A program made the translations under genes and the position numbers. Below are positions 1 through 14,200 of a stretch of 64,000 nucleotides of DNA, piece after piece (the stretch's first letter is position 1; every line of letters begins with the position of its first letter). The notes under the pieces are model-generated. The model was not told the DNA's origin and did not search any database. It worked only from the letters and a program-made list of their open reading frames with translations. The DNA comes from Anaeramoeba ignava BMAN (Eukaryota; Protista; Anaeramoebae). The stretch is taken from assembly GCA_028826165.1 (NCBI GenBank), contig JAPDFW010000055.1, forward strand, positions 434,001 to 498,000, read 5' to 3'.

Positions 1-84
1 ATAAATTTTAATTTTGATTTTGATTTTGATTTTGATTTTAATTTTAATTTTAATTTTGATTTTGATTTTGATTTTTTGAAATAG

Positions 85-3000
85 CTGTTTATGAATTAGT
101 AGATTACTCTTTGGATGGAAATGGATATGGAAATAACATTATCAAATTTCTTGGATCAACCTCAACAAAAATGAGATTTACATCATTTGCTCAAGGAGTT
201 CAATTATCTTCTGAAGATGCTTTGGGAAATGATGTTGAAGGATATTTTGAACTTAATTTCACAACAAAAGGTTTGATTTGTTAATTCAATTTTCTTTCTT
301 TGTTTTTTGTTCACTTGTTTTGTTTTTCTTCTTATTCAAATTTTGAAAATAGTGAAAAGTGTTGGAATTTCCCAAAATGGATCCTTATCTGTTAAAGAAG
401 ATGAAAAGTTTTCAACACCATGGATTATTTCTGTTAAAGATGAAAATGATTTTCCAATTCCAAATAAACCTGTTTTTGCTAAAATTTCAGGATTCTGTGG
501 GGTTGAAATTTCGGAAGATCAACAAATATATGTGGATGAAAAGAGGCTTGAGAACTCTTTGGTTTTTACAGATGAATTAGGAAAGTAAGAAAAATCCAAA
601 AAAATTTTTGTTTTTTTCATTTTGGAATTTGATTTTAAATTTTTTTTTTAGTGCCATTTTCACAGATCTCAAGTTTTCTCTTTCGGGGACTACATATTCA
701 TTTTGTGGATTTCAAATCAAATTCATTAGTGATGGAGTTTCTGTTGTAACTGATGATATTCAAGTTAATTCATCCATTTCAAAAATGGTTTGGACAAATC
801 AAATGACTAAGTTAGAAATTTTCTACACTTCACAGATGGGTGCAGATTCTTGGCCTGTTGTTCAAGTTCAAGATGAATTAGGGAAAGGAATTGCTAATAA
901 ATTCATCAATTTCGAAATCTCAAATTTTACCTTTAATCCTTCCTATTTTCAAACTGATCAAAATGGATTTGCTTTGATTCATACAGATATTGCCCATATG
1001 GGACTTGTTGAAGATTACTCAGAACAAATTTATGATGTGTGGATTGATAATTATATTTCAGAAACATTCCCAGTTAATGTAACAAATGGTTTTGTTTTTC
1101 AAGATCCAAGAAGAATTTCGATTCTGAATTTGAATTCAACAATTAGATCAGGAGAAATATTGAATTTGGATGTTATTGTCGAAGATTTCTATGGAGATAT
1201 TATCGAAGATGATTGGTATGTCACTGCTTTTGTTAGACCTCAAGATGTTGCTCTTGGATATTTAATTATTCCTGAAGAAGGATATTGGCAAATTTCAAAT
1301 GGATCTGGAACAATTTCAACAAGAATATTTGGAAAGGCAGTGAAGACTCAATTTTGTTTAATTGTTTCAAGATATGAAATCCCTGATCCGAATCATGGCG
1401 AGTGTTGGGATTGCTTCACTTTGGTAATGACAAATGATGTAGAAGAAGTTGAGATTAGTTATTCTCCTGATGTTGATAATTATTTTATTCCACACCAAAC
1501 TTTTGGAAATGAATCCATTCGAGTAAAAGTATCTGGAAATAATCTTACAGGAACAGATGTAACAGTTCATGTAGCTGCTTTGAATGCATGGGATCCTTAT
1601 TTTGATATTTTTGGATTAAATTCAAGTTATCGAGCTCGAAATTTAACAAATGTTCTATTTGAATCAAACTACACTTTAGATGGAAATAGTAATTTAATTT
1701 AATTTAATTTAATTTTTTTTAATTTTTTTCTTCTTATTAATTTTTTTTTTTGGATTTTTTAGATGAATTGATTTTAGATGATTTTGTGATTAACGACCAA
1801 ACAAATTATGATATTGATTTTCAACATGAACCATTCGATTTAGTTGTTTTTGTGAATGGAATTCCAGCAACAAGTGAAGTTTTTATCAATTTAAAATTCT
1901 CTAATCAAAGTCTACATTTAAATGTAACTTGGGATACTTCAGAATCTTTCACTTCAGGAAATAACAGAGTAACTCATCAACCAACAATGAGAATTACTGA
2001 TGATCTTGGGGATCCAGTTCAAGGTTATTATGGATATTTTTGGGTAGCGAATAGTGGTTTGACTTGGCCTTTTGATTATGTTCACACTTACGATACAGTA
2101 TATCCAGTTGTGAGAAGTGTTGCTCCTTCAGATGAAAATGGAACAGTAACTTGGAATTTATCTTTTCAATATGTTCGAAATACGCAAGAAACATATGCTT
2201 ATGTGTATGTGTGGCAAGAAGGATATTATGGAAACGAAATTGTATATTTTAATGTGACTGAAGAATTTCCATCATTCGAAATTTACCAGATGCCGGATAG
2301 AGTGTTTATCAATCAAGATTTTCCAACATCCCCAACAATTCTACTTTATGATTACTATACATTACAACCAATGATGAATAAATATGTGAATCTTTTATCT
2401 TGGAATGATAGTACCTACCATTATGATTATCAAGGATATGAAATTACAAATGAAAATGGTGTTGTTCAGTTTTCTTTGAATTCAACAGGATATGAAGATC
2501 AAAGTTTCATGGCTTTAATATTTATAGTTGATTATAAGCAAACAGGGTATTATTGGATCGACCTCTTAACATTCCCAACTCATATTTTTATTAAATCACA
2601 ACCTATCAATGGATCACAAATTGGATATCCTTTCCTTTTTCCTACAGAAACGTTAAGTGTAGATGGCTCATTAGTGATGGGATCAGTTGTGGTTCAACTC
2701 TTTGCTTATTCAAATTTTGTTGAAGGAAAAATTTTATCAGCAGAAATTGAGGAAAATGCAGGAAATGGAGTTCTAGATCCAGAAACAACTTTATCAACAA
2801 CTGGTAATAATGGAGTCGCTCTTTTTAATCTTAAAATGATTTCTGGGAATTCTGGTTATTACACAATCAAATTTTCTTATAAAAATATTACTATGACAAG
2901 TGATCCTTTTTATTTACAAAATCCAATCGATAGTGTAACTTCTCAAGTGTATGATTTTCCTGATGATATACAAATTGGAGATAAATTTTCAGCTACAGTT

Positions 3001-5445
3001 ACAGTTAATTTCAATGGAGGTTATCAAGAAGGAGTGAATTTTCCAATAACAATAATTACAAAATGCTGCAATGTTTCAATTCCTGAAAGTTCCATTTCAA
3101 TTAGTTCTGAAGGAGTTGCTTATTTCCAAAATATTCAATTTGATTCAATTTCAGGAACTTCAGATTGTTTAATTCAAACCAATAAGGAAAACAAAGTGAA
3201 AGGAGAAGTTTCTTTCTCAATTTTAGGAATACAATCTGATTATCATACATTTTTAATGAGTTCTCCTGATAGTGTTGTACTAACAAAAGCTGTTGATTCT
3301 CTCAAACAATCAATTCTGTTCTGGGTTGTTTGTTTATCTCTTGCAGTTCCTTTCTTCCTAAATTCTCTCAAAAAACATAATATTGTCACATTTGTTGTTG
3401 CACTTGCATTAATGATTATTTTAATGTGTTTTCTTCCTCAATTAATTCCAAAAGCCAAAAAAGTAGAATCAAGACAATATATCTCTTTATCATTTTTTGA
3501 AGGAGTTCTTGTTTCTTTTGCTCTTTTGCTTTTATTCATTCTTTTATTATCACGAATTATCCCAAAATTTCCCATTTGGATTGAAAGATATGTTTTTGTT
3601 CATGAAAGAATGTCAAGTTATACATCTCTTTTGAAAAGATTACTTCCAATAGGAGGAGTTCGAAGTTTAAAAGTGAGGGAAATTGAAAAAACTCTTGGAA
3701 AAAATGTTGCCATTTCAAAAACAAGTGAAGATGATTTAAAAGAAGAGAAAAAAAAGGAAAAGGATCAGAATCTTAATGAAATTGAACTTGAAACTGATTC
3801 ACAAAATGAAAATGAAAATGAAAATGAAAATGAAAATGAAAATGAAAATCAAAATGAAAATGAAAATCAAAATGAAAATCAAAATGAAAAACCAGAGAAA
3901 AAATCAGAAGATAAAAACAGATTCCAATTAACAGAAACAGAAATTAGACTCATTCTCAGAAGATCAACAAGAAGATATGGAACTCAAAATGTATTAGGTG
4001 CATTTTCTCAAATTCAAAAAGATGAAAAAGAAGAAAAAAGAGAAAAAGAAGAAAAAGAAGAAAAAAATCCAAGTAAATTGAAAAGAAGTTGGAAATGGAT
4101 TGTCAAACAATTTAAAAAATTATACAAGAAAATCAAATTAAAATTCAAAGAAAAACCTAATCCACATAAAGAATATGAAACCTATTTTGATTTTTATTAT
4201 CCACAAAGATTACTTGCTTCATTTTGGTTGTGGGTTGTTTTAGTTGCATTATTGATATTATTTTGTACTAAACTTTTTCGAAGTGCTTGTTTATCTATTC
4301 AGTTATACCGACAACAAATCATAGGAGATCTTCAACAAAGTAGTTGCTTTAATGATAGACCAGATATAAGTGATTATCCAGAAACAATTTCTGTTTATGC
4401 AATCCAATTAATTAATCAATTTTCAGATTATTGTCCTATTGATCAAAAACCTCTTGAGAATTCATTCAAAAATTTTATGTATCGATTTTCAAGATATCAA
4501 GTAAATAAAATTATGAATGCCATTTCAGTTGTTGCAGGAATATCAGCATTTATTGCATTTATGATTCTTCTTTTGCTTTGGAGATCAATTTTCAATTTGT
4601 ATCGAAAAAGAATTATGCTTTTAAGACAAGGGAAAAAACCTTTTAATGATTTTGATCAAGCCAAAACAGTTTTGGTTACTTCTTATACAAATTTACAGAT
4701 TTGGTTAGGATTAATCTCATTTCTTTTTGTATGGATAATTGTTTTCATCATTCTTTTTTTGATTCCAGCACTTTATTGGTTTGTTTCCAAGGATTTTGTT
4801 GTTAAAGTGATCACTGTTATTATTATATTCCTTGCTATTGTATTTGTTTATCAAATCATTTTTGGGATTGTTATTCAAAAGATCATGAACAAATATTTCG
4901 TTGATAAAGAACAAATTACAAATCGAACAGCATTTTCAATTTACGATTTTATTAAATTTTTCATGACAGTTTTTTCAGGAGCAACTTCAGCAGTTAAGAA
5001 ATTATTAGGAACAACAGGAGGTTCAGTTTCAACAATTTTCAGACTTGATGATGAAAAATCAATTGATGAATCTTATTCAGCAATGATGCTTATTGATCAT
5101 CAAACAAACAATCCAATTCTTAGAGTTTTTTCAAATTACTTAATGAATATCTTGAAACATCAAAAGGAAATGATTAGGCACATTCCTGAAAAAAAACCTG
5201 ATATTTCAGAAAAAGAAATTTCAATGGATGTTTCTTATTTGGAAAATCATCCAATTACTGGTGAACCTTTTGAAATTGAAAAAATCAGAAAAAAATACTT
5301 ATTTCTTCTTACTATTGCAGCAAATAAAAAAATTCAAGAACTTCGTAAAAATGTAATTGAAACTGAAAAGAAAAGAAAAGAATTTTTAAAACAAAAAGAG
5401 GATAAAATTTGGGAAACTATTAAAAATGCCAAAGATCTCAATTAA
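85..5445 (+). CDS. 5'-partial multi-exon membrane protein: long beta-rich/Ig-like ectodomain plus C-terminal STRA6-like (RBP_receptor family) multi-TM domain
   Basis: GT-AG introns at 271-352, 585-651 and 1689-1762 join the ORFs; exons 85-270, 353-584, 652-1688, 1763-5445. The C-terminal motifs FYYPQRLL, LYRKRIMLLRQG, ITNRTAF..F..FF..V..G...A, IFRLD..DESY..MMLIDHQTNNPILRVF and KY.FLLTIAANKKIQELRK follow the order of STRA6 motifs. The gene start lies upstream of the window. Confidence 0.75.
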
Positions 5446-5564
5446 AATTAAAATTAAAATTAAAATTAAAATCAAAAATAAAATTAAAATTAAAATTAAA
5501 ATCAAAAATAAAAATTAAAAATAAAAATCCAAAAATTCATTTTTCATTTTTTTCTTTTTTAAAA

Positions 5565-7340
5565 ATGAATGAAATTTTATTTTTTGGTTCAAATCAATAT
5601 CCAATTCTTATCAAAAATGAACCAAATAAAATAACAAAACCAATTCAATTTAATTTTGAAAATGAAAATGAAAATGAAAATGAAAAACAAATTAAACAAA
5701 TTTCAACATCAAATTTTTCAACAATTTTCCTTTTTGAAAATGGAAAAGCAATAGAATATTTAAATGAAAATGATTCAAAACAAAATCCTGAAAAAATCCA
5801 AATTGAAGAAAATATTCAAAAAGTAACTGCTGGTTTTCAAAATGAAGCTATTTTAACAATAGAAGGAAATGTATTTGCCAAAGGAAAAGATATTAATTCA
5901 AATAACCCAAATGAATTTATCAATATTTCATCATTAATTGAAGATAAAAATGATAGAATAATTCAAGATATTGTTTCCGGATGGGATGCAACTTACTTAT
6001 TAACTTCAAATCAAAATGCTTATGGAATTGGTTCAAATCAATTAGGTCAACTTGGTTTTGATTCTGAAACACTTAAAAAAACTGAAAAACCAATTTTAAT
6101 GATGAAAAATATTTCTAAAATATTTTCAGGAAATTCTTCAACTTGTGTTTTTCTTTTAAATTCAAATCAAGAATTATTTGTATGTGGTGATAATGAATAT
6201 AATCAAATTGGATTATCAAAATCAAAAAAAGGCTATATCGATAAATTAACCAAAATCCAAAATATTCCAAAAGGCAAAATAATTGATATTCAATGTGGAT
6301 ATTTCCATTCAATAATGTTGATTGAAAATGAAAATGAAAATGAAAATCCAAAAAGAAAACTTTATTCATGTGGATATTCTGGAAATAATGGACTTGGCAA
6401 AAATCAAAATGCAAGAAAATTTACTGAAATCAAATCATCTTTATTTGAAGAAAATGATGATAATATTCTTGATTTTTCTGTTGGAAATGCTCATACTTTG
6501 ATTTTAACATCTAATTCAAAATTAATAGTATTTGGATATAATTATTCTGGTCAATTAGGAACTGAAGATACAAAATATCAATTAATTCCAATTCAAATTG
6601 AACTTCCTAAATTAAGATTTAATGAAAATATTTCTAATTATCATATTTCTTGTGGATTTAATAATTCATTTATTTATTATTCTCCTTCTTTTTCTTTTTC
6701 CAATATTGAAGAAGATTTGATAAAATTATTTAGAAGAAAAGAATTTTGTGATATTTCATTTAAAACAGAAAATGGAGAAATAATTGAAGCTCATAAATTA
6801 ATATTAAAATATAGATTAAATCAAAATCAAAATGAAATTGAAAAACTTCAAGAAATTATTTCAAAAAAATCAATTAAAGAATCAAATCAAATATTTGAAA
6901 TGATTTATTCAAACAATTCCAAAATAAATCCAAAATTATATTCTGAAATTAAAGAAATTATAAATTCCAATGAAAGAATTGAAGAAACAATGAAAAGAAT
7001 TTATTTAAATGAAAATGAAAAAGATTTTATAATTGAAAGAAAAGAAAAACAATATAAATTTCCAAAATTAATATTAATAATGAGAAGTGAATTATATCGA
7101 GGAATGTTTTTATCTGTAACAAATGATAAATCTAATAAAGTTACAGATTATAGTGAATTAAGTAATAAATCATTCCAAATATTTGAATATTGGATTTATT
7201 CAAATCAAATTAAAGATGAAATTCAAATTACACAAGAAATAATTGATGAAATCCAAATTGGAATTGATTATTTTCAATTAAATCAAACAAATCCAAATTT
7301 ATTTGATTTATTAATTAATAAATTTAATAATCAAAATTAA
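5565..7340 (+). CDS. RCC1-repeat (beta-propeller) + C-terminal BTB/POZ protein
   Basis: RCC1 signatures (GSNQLGQLG, CGYFHS, VGNAHTL, GYNYSGQLG) followed by BTB-like segments FCDISF..EAHKLIL and KLILIMRSELYRGMF; intronless 591 aa ORF. Confidence 0.9.
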   Translation: MNEILFFGSNQYPILIKNEPNKITKPIQFNFENENENENEKQIKQISTSNFSTIFLFENGKAIEYLNENDSKQNPEKIQIEENIQKVTAGFQNEAILTIEGNVFAKGKDINSNNPNEFINISSLIEDKNDRIIQDIVSGWDATYLLTSNQNAYGIGSNQLGQLGFDSETLKKTEKPILMMKNISKIFSGNSSTCVFLLNSNQELFVCGDNEYNQIGLSKSKKGYIDKLTKIQNIPKGKIIDIQCGYFHSIMLIENENENENPKRKLYSCGYSGNNGLGKNQNARKFTEIKSSLFEENDDNILDFSVGNAHTLILTSNSKLIVFGYNYSGQLGTEDTKYQLIPIQIELPKLRFNENISNYHISCGFNNSFIYYSPSFSFSNIEEDLIKLFRRKEFCDISFKTENGEIIEAHKLILKYRLNQNQNEIEKLQEIISKKSIKESNQIFEMIYSNNSKINPKLYSEIKEIINSNERIEETMKRIYLNENEKDFIIERKEKQYKFPKLILIMRSELYRGMFLSVTNDKSNKVTDYSELSNKSFQIFEYWIYSNQIKDEIQITQEIIDEIQIGIDYFQLNQTNPNLFDLLINKFNNQN

Positions 7341-7815
7341 AATCAAAATTAAAATCAAAATTAAAATTAATATTTAAATTAAAATCAAAATTAAAATTAA
7401 AATTAAAATTAAAATCAAAATTAAAATCAAAATTAAAATTAAAATTAAAATTAAAATTAAAATCAAAATCAAAATCAAAATTAAAAATCAAAATTAAAAT
7501 TAAAAATTAAAAATTAAAATTAAAATTAAAATTAAAAATTAAAATTAAAATCAAAATTAAAATTAAAATTAAAATCAAAATTAAAATCAAAATCAAAATT
7601 AAAATTAAAATTAAAATTAAAATCAAAATTAAAATCAAAATTAAAATTAAAATTAAAATTAAAATTAAAATTGAAATTAAAATTAAAATTAAAATTAAAA
7701 TCAAAATCAAAATTAAAATTAAAATCAAAATTCAAATTAAAATTAAAATCAAAATTAAAATCAAAATTCAAATTAAAATTAAAATTAAAATTAAAATCAA
7801 AATTAAAATTAAAAA
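7337..7815. repeat. (AAAATT/AAAATC)n hexamer microsatellite
   Basis: Direct reading; produces the spurious IL/NF ORFs in the track. Confidence 0.95.
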
Positions 7816-8286
7816 TAAAAATAAAATAAAAAAGTGGAATGAAATTTTGTTTTTTTTTTTGATTATTTTCTTTTCTTAGTTTTTGAAATTGAAAAAAGAA
7901 AAATGAAAAGAAAAGAAGGAAATTGAAATTAGATTAAATATGAGTGAATCGACTCCAACCAATTTTTTCTGATTTTTCACACCAGTTTTGACGCGTCGGT
8001 GTATTGACTTGCGATTTTTTTCTCCTCAATTTCTCTACAAACCTGAAGTCTGCGAGTATTTTTTTTTTCAACTTTTCCTCACTTGTTTTCTTTTACTCCA
8101 CATTCATTTTCCTTTGTTTCTTTCTTTCTTTCTTTTTTATTTATTTTTCTTTTAAAAAATTACAAAATAACAAAAAGAGAAATGGAGAAAAAAACTATTT
8201 ATTTTTCTTTTTAGTTAATTTTTCAAATGCTAAAATGAAAATTTAATTTCATTAAAAAAAATAATTAATCAATTAAAAAAACTTTT

Positions 8287-11200
8287 TTATTTCAATTCCT
8301 TTTCAATTATTCTTTCAATAACTTGGAGTTGATTTGGGAATTGAAATAAAACTTTAAAATTTCTATTTTCATTTTCATTTTGAATTTGATTTTGATTTTG
8401 ATTTTTATTTTTATTTTTATTTTCATTTTGATTTTGATTTTGATTTTGATTTTTATTTTTATTTTGATTTTGATTTTGATTTTGATTTTGATTTTGATTT
8501 TGATTTTGATTTTGATTTTGATTTTGATTTTGATTTTGATTTTGATTTTGATTTTGATTTTGATTTTGATTTTGATTTTGATTTTGATTTTGATTTTGAT
8601 TTTGATTTTGATTTTGATTTTGATTTTGATTTTGATTTTGATTTTGATTTTGAATTTGAATTTGAATTTGATTTTCTTTCTTTTTTAAATCTCTTTTATC
8701 AATATTCAAACAATATTTATAAATTTCATAAATTTTTTGAAATATATTCCAATTAATTTTTTGTGAAATTTCTTTTAATGATAAATTTGTTAAATCTTCA
8801 TTTTTTTCAAATTGATAAATGAAATCAGAAATATTTCCAATATATTCTTCTAAAAACTTTTGTTCTTCTTTTGTAAAAGATATTTTTGTAAAATCACTTA
8901 TAAATGCTTCTAGAAATATTTGTGAACCTATTTTAGGATTAGTTGAATATCTTTCAGACCATTTAATAATAGGTTTTTCTATAATTTCTTGAATTATTTT
9001 GTTTTCTTCTTGTTGTTTTGTTTCTTCAAATAATTTGGAATAAAAATATTGGAAAAATGGGAAATTTGAATTATTAAATTGATAAGTAAGAATATTTTGG
9101 AAATGTGGAATTTTTAAATTTTTGAATATCTTTTCCTATAATTTTTGAATTTTATTGGTGTCTTTTTGATTAATAGGAAAAAGTTTGAAATTATCATTAA
9201 TCATAATATTACTGAATAAAATAGCAAAAATAGTTTCTAATTTTTCTTTAAGTTTAAATTGAATAAATGAAGTTAATGATTCATTTCTTCTTTTCTTTTC
9301 AAATTTTTCATTAATTAATTCATTAATATTCCATTCATATAATTTGATATTTTCATTTTTTCCTTTTTGGATCATTTCTCTTATTTTTTTCATTAAAATT
9401 TCTTTGTTTTTTGATAATTTCATTTCTTCAAAAAATGTTTTGGTTTTTTCAATTTTTTTCTTTGAATTTAAAAATTTAAGAATAGAAATTGGAATAATTA
9501 ATTCAAATATTTTTTCCCAATTTTCTTCAATAATTTTTTCTAAATAATTTCCAGGGAATGTCGGTTTCAAATCAATATTCATTTCAAAATCATATTGGAA
9601 AATATCATCAATATAATAATATTCAAAATTTTTTTCAAATGAAAAATGAAATGTATTTGTTTCTTCTTGATTTGATGAAATATGAACAATAAACATAAGA
9701 AAGCATTTAATTTCTTCTTCTTTTTCTTTTTCAATTATATTTTCAATTAAATGTTTGAATTGATAAAATATTTTTTCTGATAAATTTCTTGTTTGTGTAA
9801 AATGAATAATTAAAATGAAATTTGGATCTTTTTTTCTTTGATTCTTCTTATCCATTTGATGATTTTGATTTGATTTTTGAGGAAATATTCCAAGAATATC
9901 TTTAATTTTCTTTTTGAAATCTTTTTCATTATCAAATTCAGAAATATTTAATTCTTCAATATTAAATCCTTTAATTTCAATATTTTTTGATTTTGGTGAT
10001 GATGTTAAAATGATTGATTTTTGAATTTTCTTTGGTTTTAATTCATTTTGAATTAATTCATTTAAATTATTATGATATAAAATATTATATCTTTCACAAA
10101 AATATTTTAAATATAAATATTCATTTATTTCCATTTCTAATTCAATTTCATTTTCATTTTCATTTTCATTTTCTTTTTGATTTTGATTTTGATTTTGATT
10201 TTCTTTTTCATTTTGATTTTCCTTTTCAATTTGATTTTCATTTTTTCGAATTTTGGATTTAAATTGTTGAATTTTTTGTTGAATTAAAAGAATATTTCCA
10301 AAATTACAAACTCTCATCCACATATTAACACCTTCAAAAATCAAAAATTGTTTTATTTTCTCTTCATTCTTATTTTCTTTTATTTTTGAAATTATTTCTT
10401 GAAGTTTTGTTGCAAGTGATGGAAATAATCCAGAATGATAAGAAACAATTAAATCTTCTTCTTTAATTTTTGAATATTCACAAATTTTTTTGATCATTTC
10501 TTTTTGTTGTTCATAAAAATTTCGAATAATTCCAAATTCAATAAATTCATCTAATTTCAATAAATATTTTTCAAATCTATTTAAAATAGCTGGTGTTTCA
10601 TTATGATAAGCATGACTTTTATCACAAATTGAAATTAATCTGAAATTAGGATCAATTTTAATTAAATTTCCAATATTTCCCATTGAAATTTATGCATAAA
10701 GATTTCCTTCTTTGATATAATTTTGATTTAATAAATCATATAAAGGTAGAAATAAATCGTTATTATTATATAAAATAATTATTCCTCCTTTTCTTATTGA
10801 ATTTTCAACTTTATGTAAATCTTTAATAAATTTAACTTTTGTTTGATCTTTTGGAAAAGAATTTCCAAAAATAACATTAATTTTTCTCTCTTCTTCTTCA
10901 ATTAAACTTTCAATAATTTGTAAAATAATTGGTAAATTTAAAGTTTCATCAATTAAAATCATCATATTTCTTGAAAAATCTGAAATTTTATTTGGATTAT
11001 TTAATCCATAATTTTCAAATATTCTTTTTTGAATATTTTGAGAAATGAGTTCTTTTGTTGTTATTTTTGTTAATGATATTAAATTTAATGAATTGGATTT
11101 ATTTTGAAATTGAGAAATATTTTGAATAATTTCTGGTTTGGAATTAAAATTTCTTAATAAAGCATTTGAAATTAAGCTTTCATTATTATAATAAATGTTA

Positions 11201-14200
11201 TGAGTTATATAAGAATATCCAATCATTTTAACAAAATAATAAAAATCTCTAAGTCCAAAATAAGGTTTCCATTCTGAATCTTTTTCTTTTTGATTTCTGA
11301 TAATATTTTTGTAAATTCTTGAAAGACTATCTGCAAATAGTTCTGGAATTTTAGAATTAATTCCTGTATTTTCTGAACATAATATTTGTTGAACTGTTGT
11401 TTCAATTTCTGTTATTGAATCTCTATAAATAAGGATTCCTCTATTCATATTACTTGGATCTAAAATCCAATTTGATATTAAAACAACTGAAACTGTTTTC
11501 ATTTCTTTTAAAATATCTTCTAATTTTTCATTTTCATTTTCATTTTGATTTTGATTTTCATTTTCATTTTCATTTTGTTTAAATCTTTTTTGAAGTCTTT
11601 TTGATAATTCTTTTTCTGATTCTTCAAGTTTTGAATGAAGTGTTTTAAGTGGAAATTTAGAACTCCATTCTGCAAGTGCAATTTTATCAAGAATAACAAC
11701 TCTTAAATTATTTACATTTTTGTATTTTGTTTAGCTAATTTGAAAACTTCTTCAATTTCTTTATTTGTTGTTATTTGTGAACATTGAATAAAAGATTGAT
11801 AAAGAGATCTAAGGTTAAGTTTTCTTAATAATTCATTAATTTCAAATGGTGGTTTAAAAGATTTTAAAATGACTTCAAGAGAAATTGATTTTGAAGTTCC
11901 TATTTATTATTTATTAATTTTAATTTTAATTTTTAATTTTAATTTTATTAATTTTTAATTTTCTAAATTTCTAAATTTTTACCTGGTTTCCCAATAATAA
12001 ATAAAGGTATTTGAGTATAAATTGAAATATAAAGTAATAAACAATTTTCTTTTAATGCTCTATTTTTTGCAATCATTTTTTCTTTAAAATTATAATCTAA
12101 ATTTTCAATTAAATTTGTTTTAGCATTTTCAATTATTCTTTGATAATCTTTTGATTTTTCATTTCCAAAAATTTTAATTGAATATTTTTTTCTTTTTTTT
12201 TGATTTTTTTCTCTAACTTCATAACAAACAAAAAGAGATAAATAAATTGCTTTTTGAATTATTATTCCATCTTCTTCTTTTTCTTTTTGTTCTTTAATCT
12301 GTTTTAAATCAATTTTATCTTGTAATAAAATTATACCAGCTCTTGATCTTGATTCATAAATCCATCTAAATATTCTAAGAGTTCTTGAAATATCTCTAAG
12401 TGAAACTTTTGAAGCTAAATTCTTTTTTTCATTTTGATTTTGATTTTGATTTTGATTATAATTATCTTCTTCTCTAATATATTGATGAGATTTTTGAATA
12501 TATTCAATAAAATTTTCCGTAAATTCTCTGAGTCTTTTAATATCTTCTTCTTTTTTAAAAATAGAATCAAATGTGTTTTTAACCATTTTTTGAATATAAG
12601 ATAATTCTTGTTCTTTTTGAAGTGAATTAAAATTTAATATTTCTTTTTGTAAAGAATCTGGAAGTTTTTGAACTCTATAAACTGATTTTTGAATTTTCTT
12701 ATTTTCTTCATTTTCATCATCTTTTTGATAAAATAATCCAAATTTTTCATATTCTTTTCTATCCATTTCATCTCTTTTTCTATATGGATTAATTGCTGCT
12801 AATCTTATATTTGTTGATATCTTTTTCCCAATAAACATTTTATCAATAAATAAATATTTGGAAATTGGAATAAAAGATTTCGGAGCTGTATTTAATTCAT
12901 CAAAAAGTATTATAAATGGTTTTGGAAAATATTTTTCTCCTTCTTCAATTAAATTTTGAATATCTTTTTTCTTTATAGAATTATTAACATTTAATGTTTT
13001 GATTTTTTCTTCCAAAATAGTTTCAAATAAATATTCAATTAATGCAGTTTTTTCACATCCAGTTTCTCCACTTATAATTGTTGGAAGATTAACAAAATTT
13101 CTGAATTGAAGGAATAACATTTTAGAAACATTATCAAAAGTAAGAACATATTTTGATTTTCCTTTTTTATGTTCTTCAATTAATTCTTTATCAATTTCTT
13201 TTGGATTAAGAGCAAAGAAAAATTGGAAAATTTTTTCAATTTCTTCTTCAGAACTAAAAGTATCAGAAAATTTTGATTCTACTAAACCTAAATTTATTGT
13301 TATTTTTTCAGGATTATCTAATAAGAGAGAATTGTTTGAATATTTTTTTGTAAATATTCCAAATCCTGAAAGAAAATGATCTATTTTTTGTTCGTTTCTT
13401 GTTGATTTAATTGAAATTGGAATAATATTTTCATTTTCATTTTTAAATTGTAATTTGGAAAGAAAAGTATAAAAATTATCAAAAATACTTTTGTTTTCTG
13501 ATAATAAAGGAAATAAAATAAATCTTGAAATTGAAAGAAACCAACTTTTAAGGATTGATCTTTGTAGTTCTTTCGATTCATTTTCTTTGACTTTTAGAAA
13601 ATCCCATTCTATTATTAAATTAATAAATACTTTTAATGAATTCCAAAATTGTGATAATAATCTAAATGTGTAAATATTTTTCATATTTCCTCTATTAAAT
13701 TGATTTAAAACAATGGAAATATTTTTTTTCAATTAATTCAATAAATCTTTTTGGATTTGGTTTATCATCTTTTTCTAATATTTCTTTAATAGTTTCGGAT
13801 TGATTTGCATCTAATTGGTTGTTAAATAGTTTATCTTCTAATTTTATCATTAAATTTGCAACTTTTTTTAATTTTTCATCTTCTTTTTCAATTATTTTTT
13901 GATTTGAATCAATTTCATAATTTTGGAAAACAAAAGAATCTTTGTTATAATTTAAATAATGTAAATTAAATTGATAAAGTGGATAAAAAGAATTCCACAT
14001 TTTTTCATTTTGATTTTGATTTTGATTTTGATTTTGATTTTGATTTTGATTTTGATTTTGATTTTGATTTTGATTTTGATTTTGATTTTGGTTTTGGTTT
14101 TGATTTTGATTTTGATTTTGATTTTGATTTTGATTTTGATTTTGATTTTGATTTTGATTTTGATTTTGATTTTGATTTTGATTTTGATTTTGATTTTGAT

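Noticed and set aside
7507-8688. IL-, NF- and DF-repeat ORFs (also 13952-14237, 63107-63325, 54229-54414)
   Set aside because: Alternative-frame or antisense readings of hexamer microsatellites or NQ-coding tracts.
9136-10692. In-frame TAA/TAG suggesting stop-codon reassignment (as in hexamitids or ciliates)
   Set aside because: Most intact genes here terminate at TAA at the expected C-terminal position and lack internal TAR codons; the stops are confined to one gene with other lesions.
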